Source: Eledone cirrhosa
Lineage: Eukaryota
Direction of reading: 5' to 3'
NCBI GenBank assembly: GCA_964016885.1
Contig: OZ024745.1
Coordinates: 94,798,001 to 94,862,000, forward strand
Length of the DNA: 64,000 nucleotides
Part shown: positions 54,580 through 64,000 of the stretch, one piece after another
How the letters are laid out: every line of letters starts with the position of its first letter
Position numbering within the stretch: the stretch's first letter is position 1
The notes under the pieces: generated by a model
The model's input: the letters and a program-made list of their open reading frames with translations, nothing else
The model's database searches: none
What the model was told of the DNA's origin: nothing
Position numbers and translations under genes: made by a program

Positions 54580-55759
54580 TTGACATAACATGATGTATTT
54601 TGTTAGTATCAGTGCTAATGTATTTGTGTAGTGAGTCTCTAGTATGTAAGATTGTAATATACTATCAAATGCATTTCAGCAATCCATCTTAGCTATGATA
54701 AGGTCTAGTCATCTGTCATTGCTGTCTTCGATAATAGCCTAGTTCATTAGTAACTACTCATTTTAGCCATACAGCTCAATCCGGTACATTTTATGTTTCT
54801 TTGATTATATTGTATTGCTCCCCAAGTAAGATGCAACTATTTTCTAGAGCAGAGATTTGTACGGTATTGGCAATCATAGCGCTAAGCCCATAAATGTAGT
54901 GTCTCTGTTCTTTCCCTATCCAGCAAACGTTTGTATATTTATTCTAGTTTGATTATCAAAGTCTATTGAATTATGTCACCACTACATATTGCTAGTCAGC
55001 AACTCTGACCTTGTCAGAGGTTTTCAATTTGTTGGTAGTGTTAGTAACTTGTTTTCCAGTTGATTGCCAGTTACAATTGCTCATGTTTGCCATGCTATTG
55101 TAATATTTCCCCTTCCTTTCTGAACCACCAATTTCTTATAAATGTACTGGATAGTTTTCACCTCTAGTATACTTTAAGATTTGTTGATGTTTGTGTGACC
55201 TTCGTTGTTAACCATTTTCTATCGTTTGCTATTTGATTCAAATGTTTAATTATCTTGTTTTCCTGGAAGAAGTCTTCACGTGTTTCGAAGCTTATTCATC
55301 CTGCATGCTTTTATAAGTATGGTTTTCCTACACCTTTCGTCTTGTTCCATAATGTCCTTTTGTATTATTAATTTACCTTAAAAAGAAAAAAAAAAATCTT
55401 GGTTCTTACTGGATGACACAAACATCCGCATCATTTCTCTAATTAGAGGCAGGTCTTTTATCTATTTTCTTCAAATTAATTTAGTATATTTTCTGTTCAT
55501 TTGATTTTAGCTTGGTTTGCTCTATTATGATTATACATCGTTTCCCTCAGTACTACTAGTGCTACTGCATAGATTATATCATTCAGCATGTTCATATTCA
55601 TGCAGTCTGTTTACATGGACATATCTTCATGCTGAACTGTACTAGATTTACTGTTTGCTTGTTTTGTATGTATTGTTTGTATAGCTGTTCATATTGATCA
55701 ATTTACATCCACTTATATATTTTTATGTTTTCTGTATTTCTATTTCTGTTAAATTCTCC
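54580..55759 (-). mobile_element. Dong/R4-like element, middle part (pre-RT region to early RT), degenerate
   Basis: MLNDIIYAVALVV (~55555-55595; the same motif as LNDIIYAAAVV in the 44.5-46.7 kb copy) and AKMDC*NAFDSILQSYILET (cf. AWIDYKKAFDSIPHSWILET). Confidence 0.75.
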
Positions 55760-58700
55760 TTGAGGTCTTCCATCATGTATTATTGAGGTCTTCTATCATG
55801 TATTATTGAGGTCTTCTATCATGTATCATTGAGGTCTTCCATCATGTATTGTTGAGGTCTTCTATTATGTATTATTGAGGTCTTCTATCATGTATTATTG
55901 AGGTCTTCTATCATGTATTATTGAGGTCTTCCATCATGTATTATTGAGGTCTTCCATCATGTATTATTGAGGTCTTCTATCATGTATTATTGAGGTCTCC
56001 TATCAAGTATTATTGAGACCTTCTACCATGTATCGTTGAGGTCTTCTATCATGTATCATTGAGGTCTTCTATCATGTATCATTGGGGTCTTCTATCATGT
56101 ATTATTGAGGTCTTCTATCATGTATCATTGAGGTCTTCTAACATGTATCATTGAGGTCTTCTATCATGTATCATTGAGATCTTCTATCATGTATCATTGA
56201 GGTCTTCTATCATGTATTATTGAGGTCTTCTATCATGTATCATTGAGGTCTTCTAACATGTATCATTGAGGTCTTCTATTATGTATTATTGAGGTCTACT
56301 ATCATGTATTATTGAGGTCTTCTATCATGTATCATTGAGGTCTTCTAACATGTATCATTGAGATCTTCTATCATGTATCATTGAGGTCTTCTTTCATGTA
56401 TCATTGAGGTCTTCTATCATGTATCATTGAGGTCTTCTATCATGTATCATTGAGGTCTTCTATCATGTATTATTGAGGCCTTCTATCATGTATCATTGAG
56501 GTCTTCTATCATGTATTATTGAGGCCTTCTATCAAGTATTATTGAGACCTTCTACCATGTATCATTGAGGTCTTCTATCATGTATTATTGAGGTCTCCTA
56601 TCATGTATTATTGAGGTCTCCTATCATGTATCATTGAGGTCTTCTATCATGTATTATTGAGGTCTCCTATCATGTATCATTGAGGTCTACTATCATGTAT
56701 TATTGAGGTCTTCTATCATGTATTATTGAGGTCTTGTAGCATGTATCATTGAGGTCTTCTATCATGTATTATTGAGGTCTTCTATCATGTATCATTGAGG
56801 CCTTCTATCATGTATTATTGAGGTCTTCTATCATGTATCATTGAGGTATTCTATCATGTATTATTGAGGTCTTCTATCATGTATCATTGAGGTCTTCTAT
56901 CATGTATTATTGAGGTCTTCTATCATGTATCATTGAGGTCTTCTATCATGTATCATTGAGGTCTTCTATCATGTATTATTGAGGTCTTCCATCATGTATT
57001 ATTGAGGTCTTCTATCATGTATCATTGAGGTCTTCTATCATGTATCATTGAGGTCTTCTATCATGTATTATTGAGGTCTTCTATCATGTATTATTGAGGT
57101 CTTGTAGCATGTATCATTGAGGTCTTCTATCATGTATCATTGAGGTCTTCTATCATGTATTATTGAGGTCTTCCATCATGTATTATTGAGGTCTTCTATC
57201 ATGTATTATTGAGGTCTTGTAGCATGTATCATTGAGGTCTCCTATCATGTATCATTGAGGTCTTCTATCATGTATTATTGAGGTCTCCTATCATGTATCA
57301 TTGAGGTCTACTATCATGTATTATTGAGGTCTTCTATCATGTATCATTGAGGTCTTCTATCATGTATTATTGAGGTCTTCCATCATGTATTATTGAGGTC
57401 TTCTATCATGTATTATTGAGGTCTTCTATCATGTATTATTGAGGTCTTCTATCATGTATTATTGAGGTCTTCTATCATGTATTATTGAGGTCTTCTATCA
57501 TGTATTATTGAGGTCTTGTAGCATGTATCATTGAGGTCTTCTATCATGTATCATTGAGGTCTTCTATCATGTATCATTGAGGTCTTCTATCATGTATCAT
57601 TGAGGTCTTCTATCATGTATTATTGAGGTCTTCCATCATGTATTATTGAGGTCTTGTAGCATGTATCATTGAGGTCTTCTATCATGTATTATTGAGGTCT
57701 TCCATCATGTATTATTGAGGTTTTCTATCATGTATCATTGAGGTCTTCCATCATGTATTATTGAGGTCTTCTATCATGTATTATTGAGGTCTTCCATCAT
57801 GTATTATTGAGGTTTTCTATCATGTATCATTGAGGTCTTCCATCATGTATTATTGAGGTCTTCTATCATGTATCATTGAGGTCTTCCATCATGTATTATT
57901 GAGGTCTTCTATCATGTATTATTGAGGTCTTCTATTATGTATTATTGAGGTCTTCTATCATGTATTATTGAGGTCTTCTATCATGTATCATTGAGGTCTT
58001 CTATCATGTATCATTAAGGTCTTCCAACATGTATTATTGAGGTCTTCTATCATGTATTATTGAGGTCTTCTATCATGTATCATTGAGGTCTTCTATCATG
58101 TATCATTGAGGTCTTCCATCATGTATTATTGAGGTCTTCTATCATGTATTATTGAGGTCTTCTATCATGTATTATTGAGGTCTTCTATCATGTATTATTG
58201 AGGTCTTCTATCATGTATCATTGAGGTCTTCCATCATGTATTATTGAGGTCTTCTATCATGTATTATTGAGGTCTTCTATTATGTATTATTGAGGTCTTC
58301 TATCATGTATCATTGAGGTCTTCTATCATGTATCATTGAGGTCTTCTATCATGTATCATTAAGGTCTTCCAACATGTATTATTGAGGTCTTCTATCATGT
58401 ATTATTGAGGTCTTCTATCATGTATCATTGAGGTCTTCTATCATGTATTATTGAGGTCTTCCATCATGTATTATTGAGGTCTTCTATCATGTATTATTGA
58501 GGTCTTCTATCATGTATTATTGAGGTCTTCCATCATGTATTATTGAGGTCTTCTATTATGTATTATTGAGGTCTTCTATCATGTATCATTGAGGTCTTCT
58601 ATCATGTATCATTGAGGTCTTCTATCATGTATTATTGAGGTCTTCTATCATGTATTATTGAGGTCTTCTATCATGTATTATTGAGGTCTTCTATCATGTA

Positions 58701-59757
58701 TTATTGAGGTCTTCCATCATGTATTATTGAGGTCTTCTATTATGTATTATTGAGGTCTTCTATCATGTATCATTGAGGTCTTCTATCATGTATCATTGAG
58801 GTCTTCTATCATGTATCATTGAGGTCTTCTATCATGTATTATTGAGGTCTTCTATCATGTATCATTAAGGTCTTCCAACATGTATTATTGAGGTCTTCTA
58901 TCATGTATCATTGAGGTCTTCTATCATGTATCATTGAGGTCTTCTATCATGTATCATTGAGGTATTCTATCATGTATTATTGAGGTCTTCTATTATGTAT
59001 TATTGAGGTCTTCTATCATGTATTATTGAGGTCTTCTATTATGTATTATTGAGGTCTTCTATCATGTATCATTGAGGTGTTCTATCATGTATCATTAAGG
59101 TCTTCCAACATGTATCATTGAGGTCTTCTAACATGTATTATTGAGATCTTCTATCATGTATCATTGAGGTCTTCTTTCATGTATCATTGAGGTCTTCCAT
59201 CATGTATCATTGAGGTCTTCTATCATGTATCATTGAGTTCTTCTATCATGTATTATTGAGGTGTTCTATCATGTATTATTCAGGCCTTCTTTCATGCATC
59301 ATTAAGATCTTCTATCATGTATTATTGAGGTCTTCTATCATGTATTATTGAGGTCTTCTATCATGTATTATTGAGGTCTTCTATCATGTATTATTGAGGT
59401 CTTCTATCATGTATTATTGAGGTCTTCTATCATGTATTATTGAGGTCTTCTATCATGTATTATTGAGGTCTTCTATCATGTATCATTGAACTCTTCTATC
59501 CTGTAACATTGAGGTCTTCTATCATGTTTCATTGAAATCTTCTTATCTGTATCATCGAGGTCTTTTATCATGTTTCATTGAAGTCTTCTATCTCGTATCA
59601 TTGAGCTCTTCCATCATGTTTCATTGAAGTCTTCTATCCTGTATCATTGAGATCTATCATTTTTCATTGATGTCTTCTCTCCTGTATCATTGAGGTCTTC
59701 TATCATGTTTCATTGAAGACTTCCACCATGTTCCATTGGGGACTTCTATCACGTTCG
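55760..59757. repeat. 23-bp minisatellite, ~174 copies
   Basis: Unit TGAGGTCTTC(T/C)ATCATGTAT(T/C)AT. At every checkpoint, unit starts stay in 23-bp register from 55761 to 59648. The last ~12 units are degenerate. Confidence 0.99.
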
Positions 59758-59759
59758 TC

Positions 59760-60230
59760 ATCCTTTCTTATTTGAGTCTTTAGCTGTTACCTGTCTTTGA
59801 TTTGTTGTAATGCATTGAGTATATTTTCTATGGTATTCCGTATAATTTTCATTGGGCTTTGATGGATTATTCAATGTACTTGTGGTGATAGCTCTGGAGC
59901 AGTTTTCTCTATTTTCTGAGATATTATTAAATGTGATAGTATCTATTGCGAGGCCTTCATTAGTTTGTTGTAGCCAGGTCCTTTTTAAAACTTTAACTGT
60001 GTATTATTTCTATGAGTTTTTTATTTCAATCACTGGCCTGTTTTTTTGTACATTCGGATGTATGTTAGCATTTATAATCTTCTACAGATCTTTATTTTCT
60101 ATATTCCCAACTCATAGACCACTCTTTACAGGGCTCGCATGTGTTAGATATAGTTTTCATTTATAATAGAAGTGTAATATTTCAATGTAGTGTTTATTAG
60201 TTTAATGTTCCCTATAAATATCAATTTCGT
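59760..60230 (-). mobile_element. Probable N-terminal part of the same Dong/R4-like element
   Basis: KHYIEILHF...YELG...NKDL*KIINANIHPNVQKNR...KKLIEI aligns by eye with YTREEYTSILY...YKIW...DKMANLRRYII..KQISNKEI of the 46.5-46.7 kb copy. Confidence 0.55.
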
Positions 60231-60498
60231 TTAGTGTGCCAGCAACCTCTTTTGATCGGAGTTAACCTTTCTGTGCATAGTGTTGCTTTCGAGCCATGCA
60301 TCATGAACTCGTATTTAACTCACGCTACGAAATTAAGTTTAAATCCTGACTCAAACGATAGTGTTTTTGTGGGTGTTTGATTTAACCCTGGACAGAATAC
60401 CTGTTTTTAAATAGATTTCTTTTCTTTGTGTTAAAAATTGTATCTCATTTTGTTTGGTCCATCACTAATGATCGCTGTTTCTTATGCACAGACGTGCT

Positions 60499-60667
60499 GA
60501 GGGTCCAACGTGATGCTTTGCAGCAAAGAGTTACGGCCCTTTATGGTCTGAGTTCAAATCCCGCCGAAGTTAACTTTGCCTTTCATCATTACGGTGTAGT
60601 TAAAATAAAGTACCGTTAATGCACTGGGATAATTGCTGGTCTTGTGCCAAAAGTAGAAACAATTATT
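60499..60667 (+). mobile_element. SINE, short-tail subtype, 5'-truncated
   Basis: B box, core and AGTAGAAACAATTATT tail. Confidence 0.92.
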
Positions 60668-61264
60668 TAAACAATATATTTTGTGCACAACATATATTTT
60701 AAGGCAAGAAATAGTTATCACGTTTACTTACTGAGATAACTTCATCTTTGTTTGTAGTCAAAAGGATATTCCGGTTTCTTTTACTTGTTTCTATTGCTTG
60801 CTGTTTCGAAAAGACGCAGGTGTTGATCAGTATTATCTCTTATACTTACCGAGATCATTTTACTTTGTTTAGTAAGTATTTAGAATATCATTTCACATTG
60901 TTTCGTTTGTCTCATTTTCTCACTATTTCTCGTATATGCGCACATGTTAATTAGTATTTAAACAATATAGTCTGTAGGCATCAATCAATGATAATAAAAT
61001 ATGTATCAGATGTACTTACTGGGATCAGTTCATTTAGTTTTCTCTGTATTTTAATAGTTGTTTTGTTTGCATTCTAAAGTTTATCTTATATTTCTGCTTG
61101 TGCCAAATAATTACTGGTTCTTGCTGCGCAGTGTTCATCATTAACTAACCAATAGATTTAGTGAGAATATAATTAATTCTGGGTCGTAAAGGGAGGTAAC
61201 GTTTTAGCTAGTCGGATTCTCATGAAAAAAATTATTATTAGTTTTGTTGACATTATCCGGCATA

Positions 61265-61357
61265 TGCCTTTCATCCTTACTGGGTTGGTAAAATAAAACA
61301 CCAGCAATGCACTGGGATAATTGCGGGCCTTGTGCTAAAAGTAGAAACAATCATTAT
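61265..61357 (+). mobile_element. SINE 3' half
   Basis: TGCCTTTCATCCTTAC...GCCTTGTGCTAAAAGTAGAAACAATCATTAT. Confidence 0.88.
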
Positions 61358-61378
61358 GGCTATTGTTGTTATTCATGC

Positions 61379-61379
<1 letters not shown>

Positions 61380-61416
<37 letters not shown>

Positions 61417-61456
61417 TTCTTCTTCTTCTTCTTCTTCTTCTTCTTCTTCTTCTTCT

Positions 61457-61503
<47 letters not shown>

Positions 61504-61537
61504 TTAGTGCTGCAGTTGTTGCTGCTGCTGCTGCTGT

Positions 61538-61613
<76 letters not shown>
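61380..61613. repeat. Compound microsatellite (GTT)n-(CTT)n-(GCT)5-(ACT)25
   Basis: Consecutive trinucleotide runs immediately after a SINE tail. Confidence 0.98.
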
Positions 61614-61615
<2 letters not shown>

Positions 61616-61876
61616 AATAAATCATTACAATATTTACAAATCCATTGATATACAGGCTTCAATAAGTAACTTCAACGGAGACGTGGTATACGCCCCACGT
61701 TTAAAATGCTGTGTCTGAATGCCACCAAAATTGAAAAGAAAATGGTATAACTATATTCATCAAAATGCAATACAATGATGTATCTTATGACGCGTCAATG
61801 CATCGATTTATGGAAGACCTCTTTGAAACTGTATCTATTTAGATATATTGGGTATCTCTACGTATACTCTGTAACA

Positions 61877-62063
61877 AATAATTGTTTCTACTTTAGGCAC
61901 AAGGCCAGCAATTACCCAGTACATTACTGGTACTTTATTTTATCGACCCCGTAAGGATGAAAGGCAAAGTTAACCTCGGCGGGATTTGAACTCAGAATGG
62001 CAAGGGCCGTAACTCTATGCGTCAAAGCATGGCGTCCGACCCTCTACCGATACTGCCAATCCA
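61877..62063 (-). mobile_element. SINE, short-tail subtype
   Basis: Near full length; ACAAATAAT on both sides. Confidence 0.95.
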
Positions 62064-62104
62064 CAAATAATGATATATAATCTTCATATTACCTCCCTAC
62101 TAAC

Positions 62105-62270
62105 CACCACAGGCATTGAGCTGGCTAGCCGTAGGTGTGAGCCTCGCGAGATGGAATGGCTCTTCCTGGGGATCTCTCTTACCATCCTCCAGGGAATATC
62201 CATTCTGTCCGCCAGGGCTGTGGGGCGGCCAGCACGTGGGACGCCATTTGCTCATATTACAGAGAGATAG
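62105..62270 (+). mobile_element. Probable 3' end of a CRE-clade-like non-LTR retrotransposon
   Basis: GC-rich island translating to LASRRCEPREMEWLFLGISLTILQGISILS, resembling the recalled CRE C-terminal motif GxPRExxxLFQRLSxAIQRGNAxSIL. Confidence 0.55.
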
Positions 62271-62544
62271 GGAGGGCGACAGAGATGGAGGCAATGGGAG
62301 TTCGGACCTCGTATGCAGCGTCAGTTGTCCGTAAGGGGGTAGTGATTCATATGAATGCTTGTGTGTTATGACTCCTAGTTTACTAGAAATGGTAGGTGTA
62401 CTAATGTTTGTAGACAGGCATCATAATCTCAAACCCAGCTATCCACACTAATCTTCATATATATTCATTAATATAGATCGTCCTACAACATGCTCTTTGG
62501 TGAGATAGCTAAAGCAGATCAATTTAAAAAAAACAAAACAATAA

Positions 62545-62735
62545 TAATAATTGTTTCTACTTTTGGCACAAGCCCAGCAATTAACCAGTACATTACTGGT
62601 ACTTTATTTGATCGACCCCGTAAGAATAAAAGGCAAAGTTAACCTCGGCGGGATTTGAACTCAGACCGTAAAGGGACGTAACTATGCTGGAAAGCATTGC
62701 ATCCGACTCTCTACCGATACTGCCAATCCACCGCC
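62545..62735 (-). mobile_element. SINE, short-tail subtype (first of a tandem pair)
   Basis: Full length; CAAAACAATAATAATAAT at ~62534 and ~62735. Confidence 0.95.
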
Positions 62736-62747
62736 AAAACAATAATA

Positions 62748-62935
62748 ATAATTGTTTCTACTTTAGGCACCAGGCCAGCAAATACTCAGTGCATTACTGG
62801 TACTTTATTTTATCGACCCCGTAAGGATGAAAGGCAAAGTCAACCTCGGCGGGATTTTAACTCAGATCGTAAAGGGACGTAACTATGCTGGAAAGCATGG
62901 CGTCCGACCCTCTACCGATACTGCTAATCCACCCA
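62748..62935 (-). mobile_element. SINE, short-tail subtype (second of a tandem pair)
   Basis: Full head, core and tail. Confidence 0.95.
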
Positions 62936-62957
62936 CGGTCAAACTCAAATCCACCCT

Positions 62958-63001
62958 CACACACACACACACACACACATATACATACACACACATACAC
63001 A
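62958..63001. repeat. (CA)n microsatellite, imperfect
   Basis: Dinucleotide run. Confidence 0.95.
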
Positions 63002-63059
63002 TTTAGCATGTGTACGTTTATATTTGACATATGATACACTGCATTTTTCAGATTAAGAG

Positions 63060-63300
63060 ATGGACGTGGGACAAGCTTTGTTCAGGTTTATGTCGGTCTG
63101 TCAGAAGAAAACGTCTCTAATTCACCTGAATCTTGAAGCTGAGCTCATGAATGTTATCCAACCATCATGCTTGCAGTCTGCCTCTGGGTCTCCTGTCGGT
63201 TGATTTTGGCTGGAAACTCTGTCCAGCGATTCTTTCTTGGGGCATTTTTGGACAATGTTGTACAATTAAAAATACATCTCTGATACTACATGTTTCTGAA
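63060..63300 (-). mobile_element. RTE-clade LINE 3' fragment
   Basis: 63138-63249 translates to KMPQERIAGQSFQPKSTDRRPRGRLQA*WLDNIHELS, the RTE C-terminal pattern RMPxERx...GxRPRGRPRxRWxDxI. Confidence 0.75.
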
Positions 63301-63429
63301 TACATAGACCTGTCTCCGCCTTGAAAACCGCCGCTAATGCAGATTTATCTCAAAATGTTAATATAAATATACACAACTTCCCTATTTTCTGTTGATTGCT
63401 TTGTCTTTCGTTTATATCCATCTGTGTAG

Positions 63430-63497
63430 GTATACACAGACACACACTCACATACATACACACACACATATATGAATACATATACATAAACACATAC

Positions 63498-63533
<36 letters not shown>
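63430..63533. repeat. (CA)/(TA) low-complexity tract ending in (AT)~16
   Basis: Dinucleotide runs. Confidence 0.95.
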
Positions 63534-63535
<2 letters not shown>

Positions 63536-63620
63536 AGGTGAGTTTTATTGTAGTACAATAAAGCAATGCAGATATCGGATAAGAAGCACTCTACAATGTG
63601 TAGGACTGGAGTATAAATAA

Positions 63621-63950
63621 TATATAAGATCAAAAAATGGTTAAAAGAGTTCTATGTATTTTATTATGCGCATTTCAAAAACAAATATCATCATGCAATA
63701 ACATTTGTGTTTTCGTCAGATAAAATAGGAAGACATGGTATGAAGGTTAAAATACACTTGTGAATAGTGCAGTTTTAAATCAATGATATGTTGATTTAAA
63801 ACTGCACTATTCACAAGTGTATTTTAACCTTCATATCATGTCTTCCTATTTTATCTGACGAAAACACAAATGTTATTGCATGATGATATTTGTTTTTTGA
63901 AATGCGCATAATAAAATACATGGAACTCTTTTAACCATCTTTTGATCTTA

Positions 63951-63954
<4 letters not shown>
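63621..63954. mobile_element. Foldback palindrome (163/164-bp arms, 7-nt loop), probable non-autonomous DNA element in a TA tract
   Basis: Arms 63621-63783 and 63791-63954 are reverse complements with 3 substitutions and one 1-bp indel; loop TGATATG. The palindrome is directly seen; the transposon identity is inferred. Confidence 0.8.

Positions 63955-64000
<46 letters not shown>
63949..64000. repeat. (TA)n microsatellite running to the window end
   Basis: Dinucleotide run. Confidence 0.97.

Noticed and set aside
60261-60400. TTAACCTTTC... resembling another piggyBac MITE end
   Set aside because: No matching inverted terminus with TTAA was found nearby.
60670-61140. Possible further minus-strand Dong remnant (LGKYIR...-like peptide)
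   Set aside because: Too degenerate to support by eye; needs a frameshift-aware alignment.
43337-63633. Poly-Leu/Phe/Ser/Thr and YI/CV-repeat ORFs, ORFs containing SNPAEVNFAFHPYGVDKIKY, and F/L/C-rich plus-strand ORFs
   Set aside because: They are translations of microsatellites, of the SINE core, or of the antisense strand of A-rich LINE remnants.

Overview
Eukaryotic, AT-rich, repeat-only window with no supportable host gene. The SINE, Dong/R4 and piggyBac-MITE content resembles octopod cephalopod genomes (recognition from memory, not a database search). Bases 1 to ~42,504 are one uninterrupted array of a 46-bp satellite (~920 monomers; consensus AAGTAGAATGACGTAAACTATAATTTGACAGTGTAGAACAGATTCT). 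The array has nested higher-order repeats: a 3,904-bp pair, a ~1.5-kb pair, and four copies of a 3,079-bp unit carrying 505-bp and 827-bp internal duplications. The remaining 21.5 kb is transposon debris: at least five dead Dong/R4-like non-LTR retrotransposon remnants (all on the minus strand), 18 copies or fragments of one tRNA-derived SINE in two subtypes, a TTAA piggyBac-type MITE, RTE-like and CRE-like 3' fragments, microsatellites, a double hairpin and a 334-bp foldback palindrome. A 4-kb, 23-bp minisatellite appears to sit inside the ORF of one dead Dong element. I found no convincing novel protein-coding system. The supplied ORFs are repeat artefacts or retrotransposon fragments. Coordinates and translations were read by eye, so the ends of degenerate elements are approximate.
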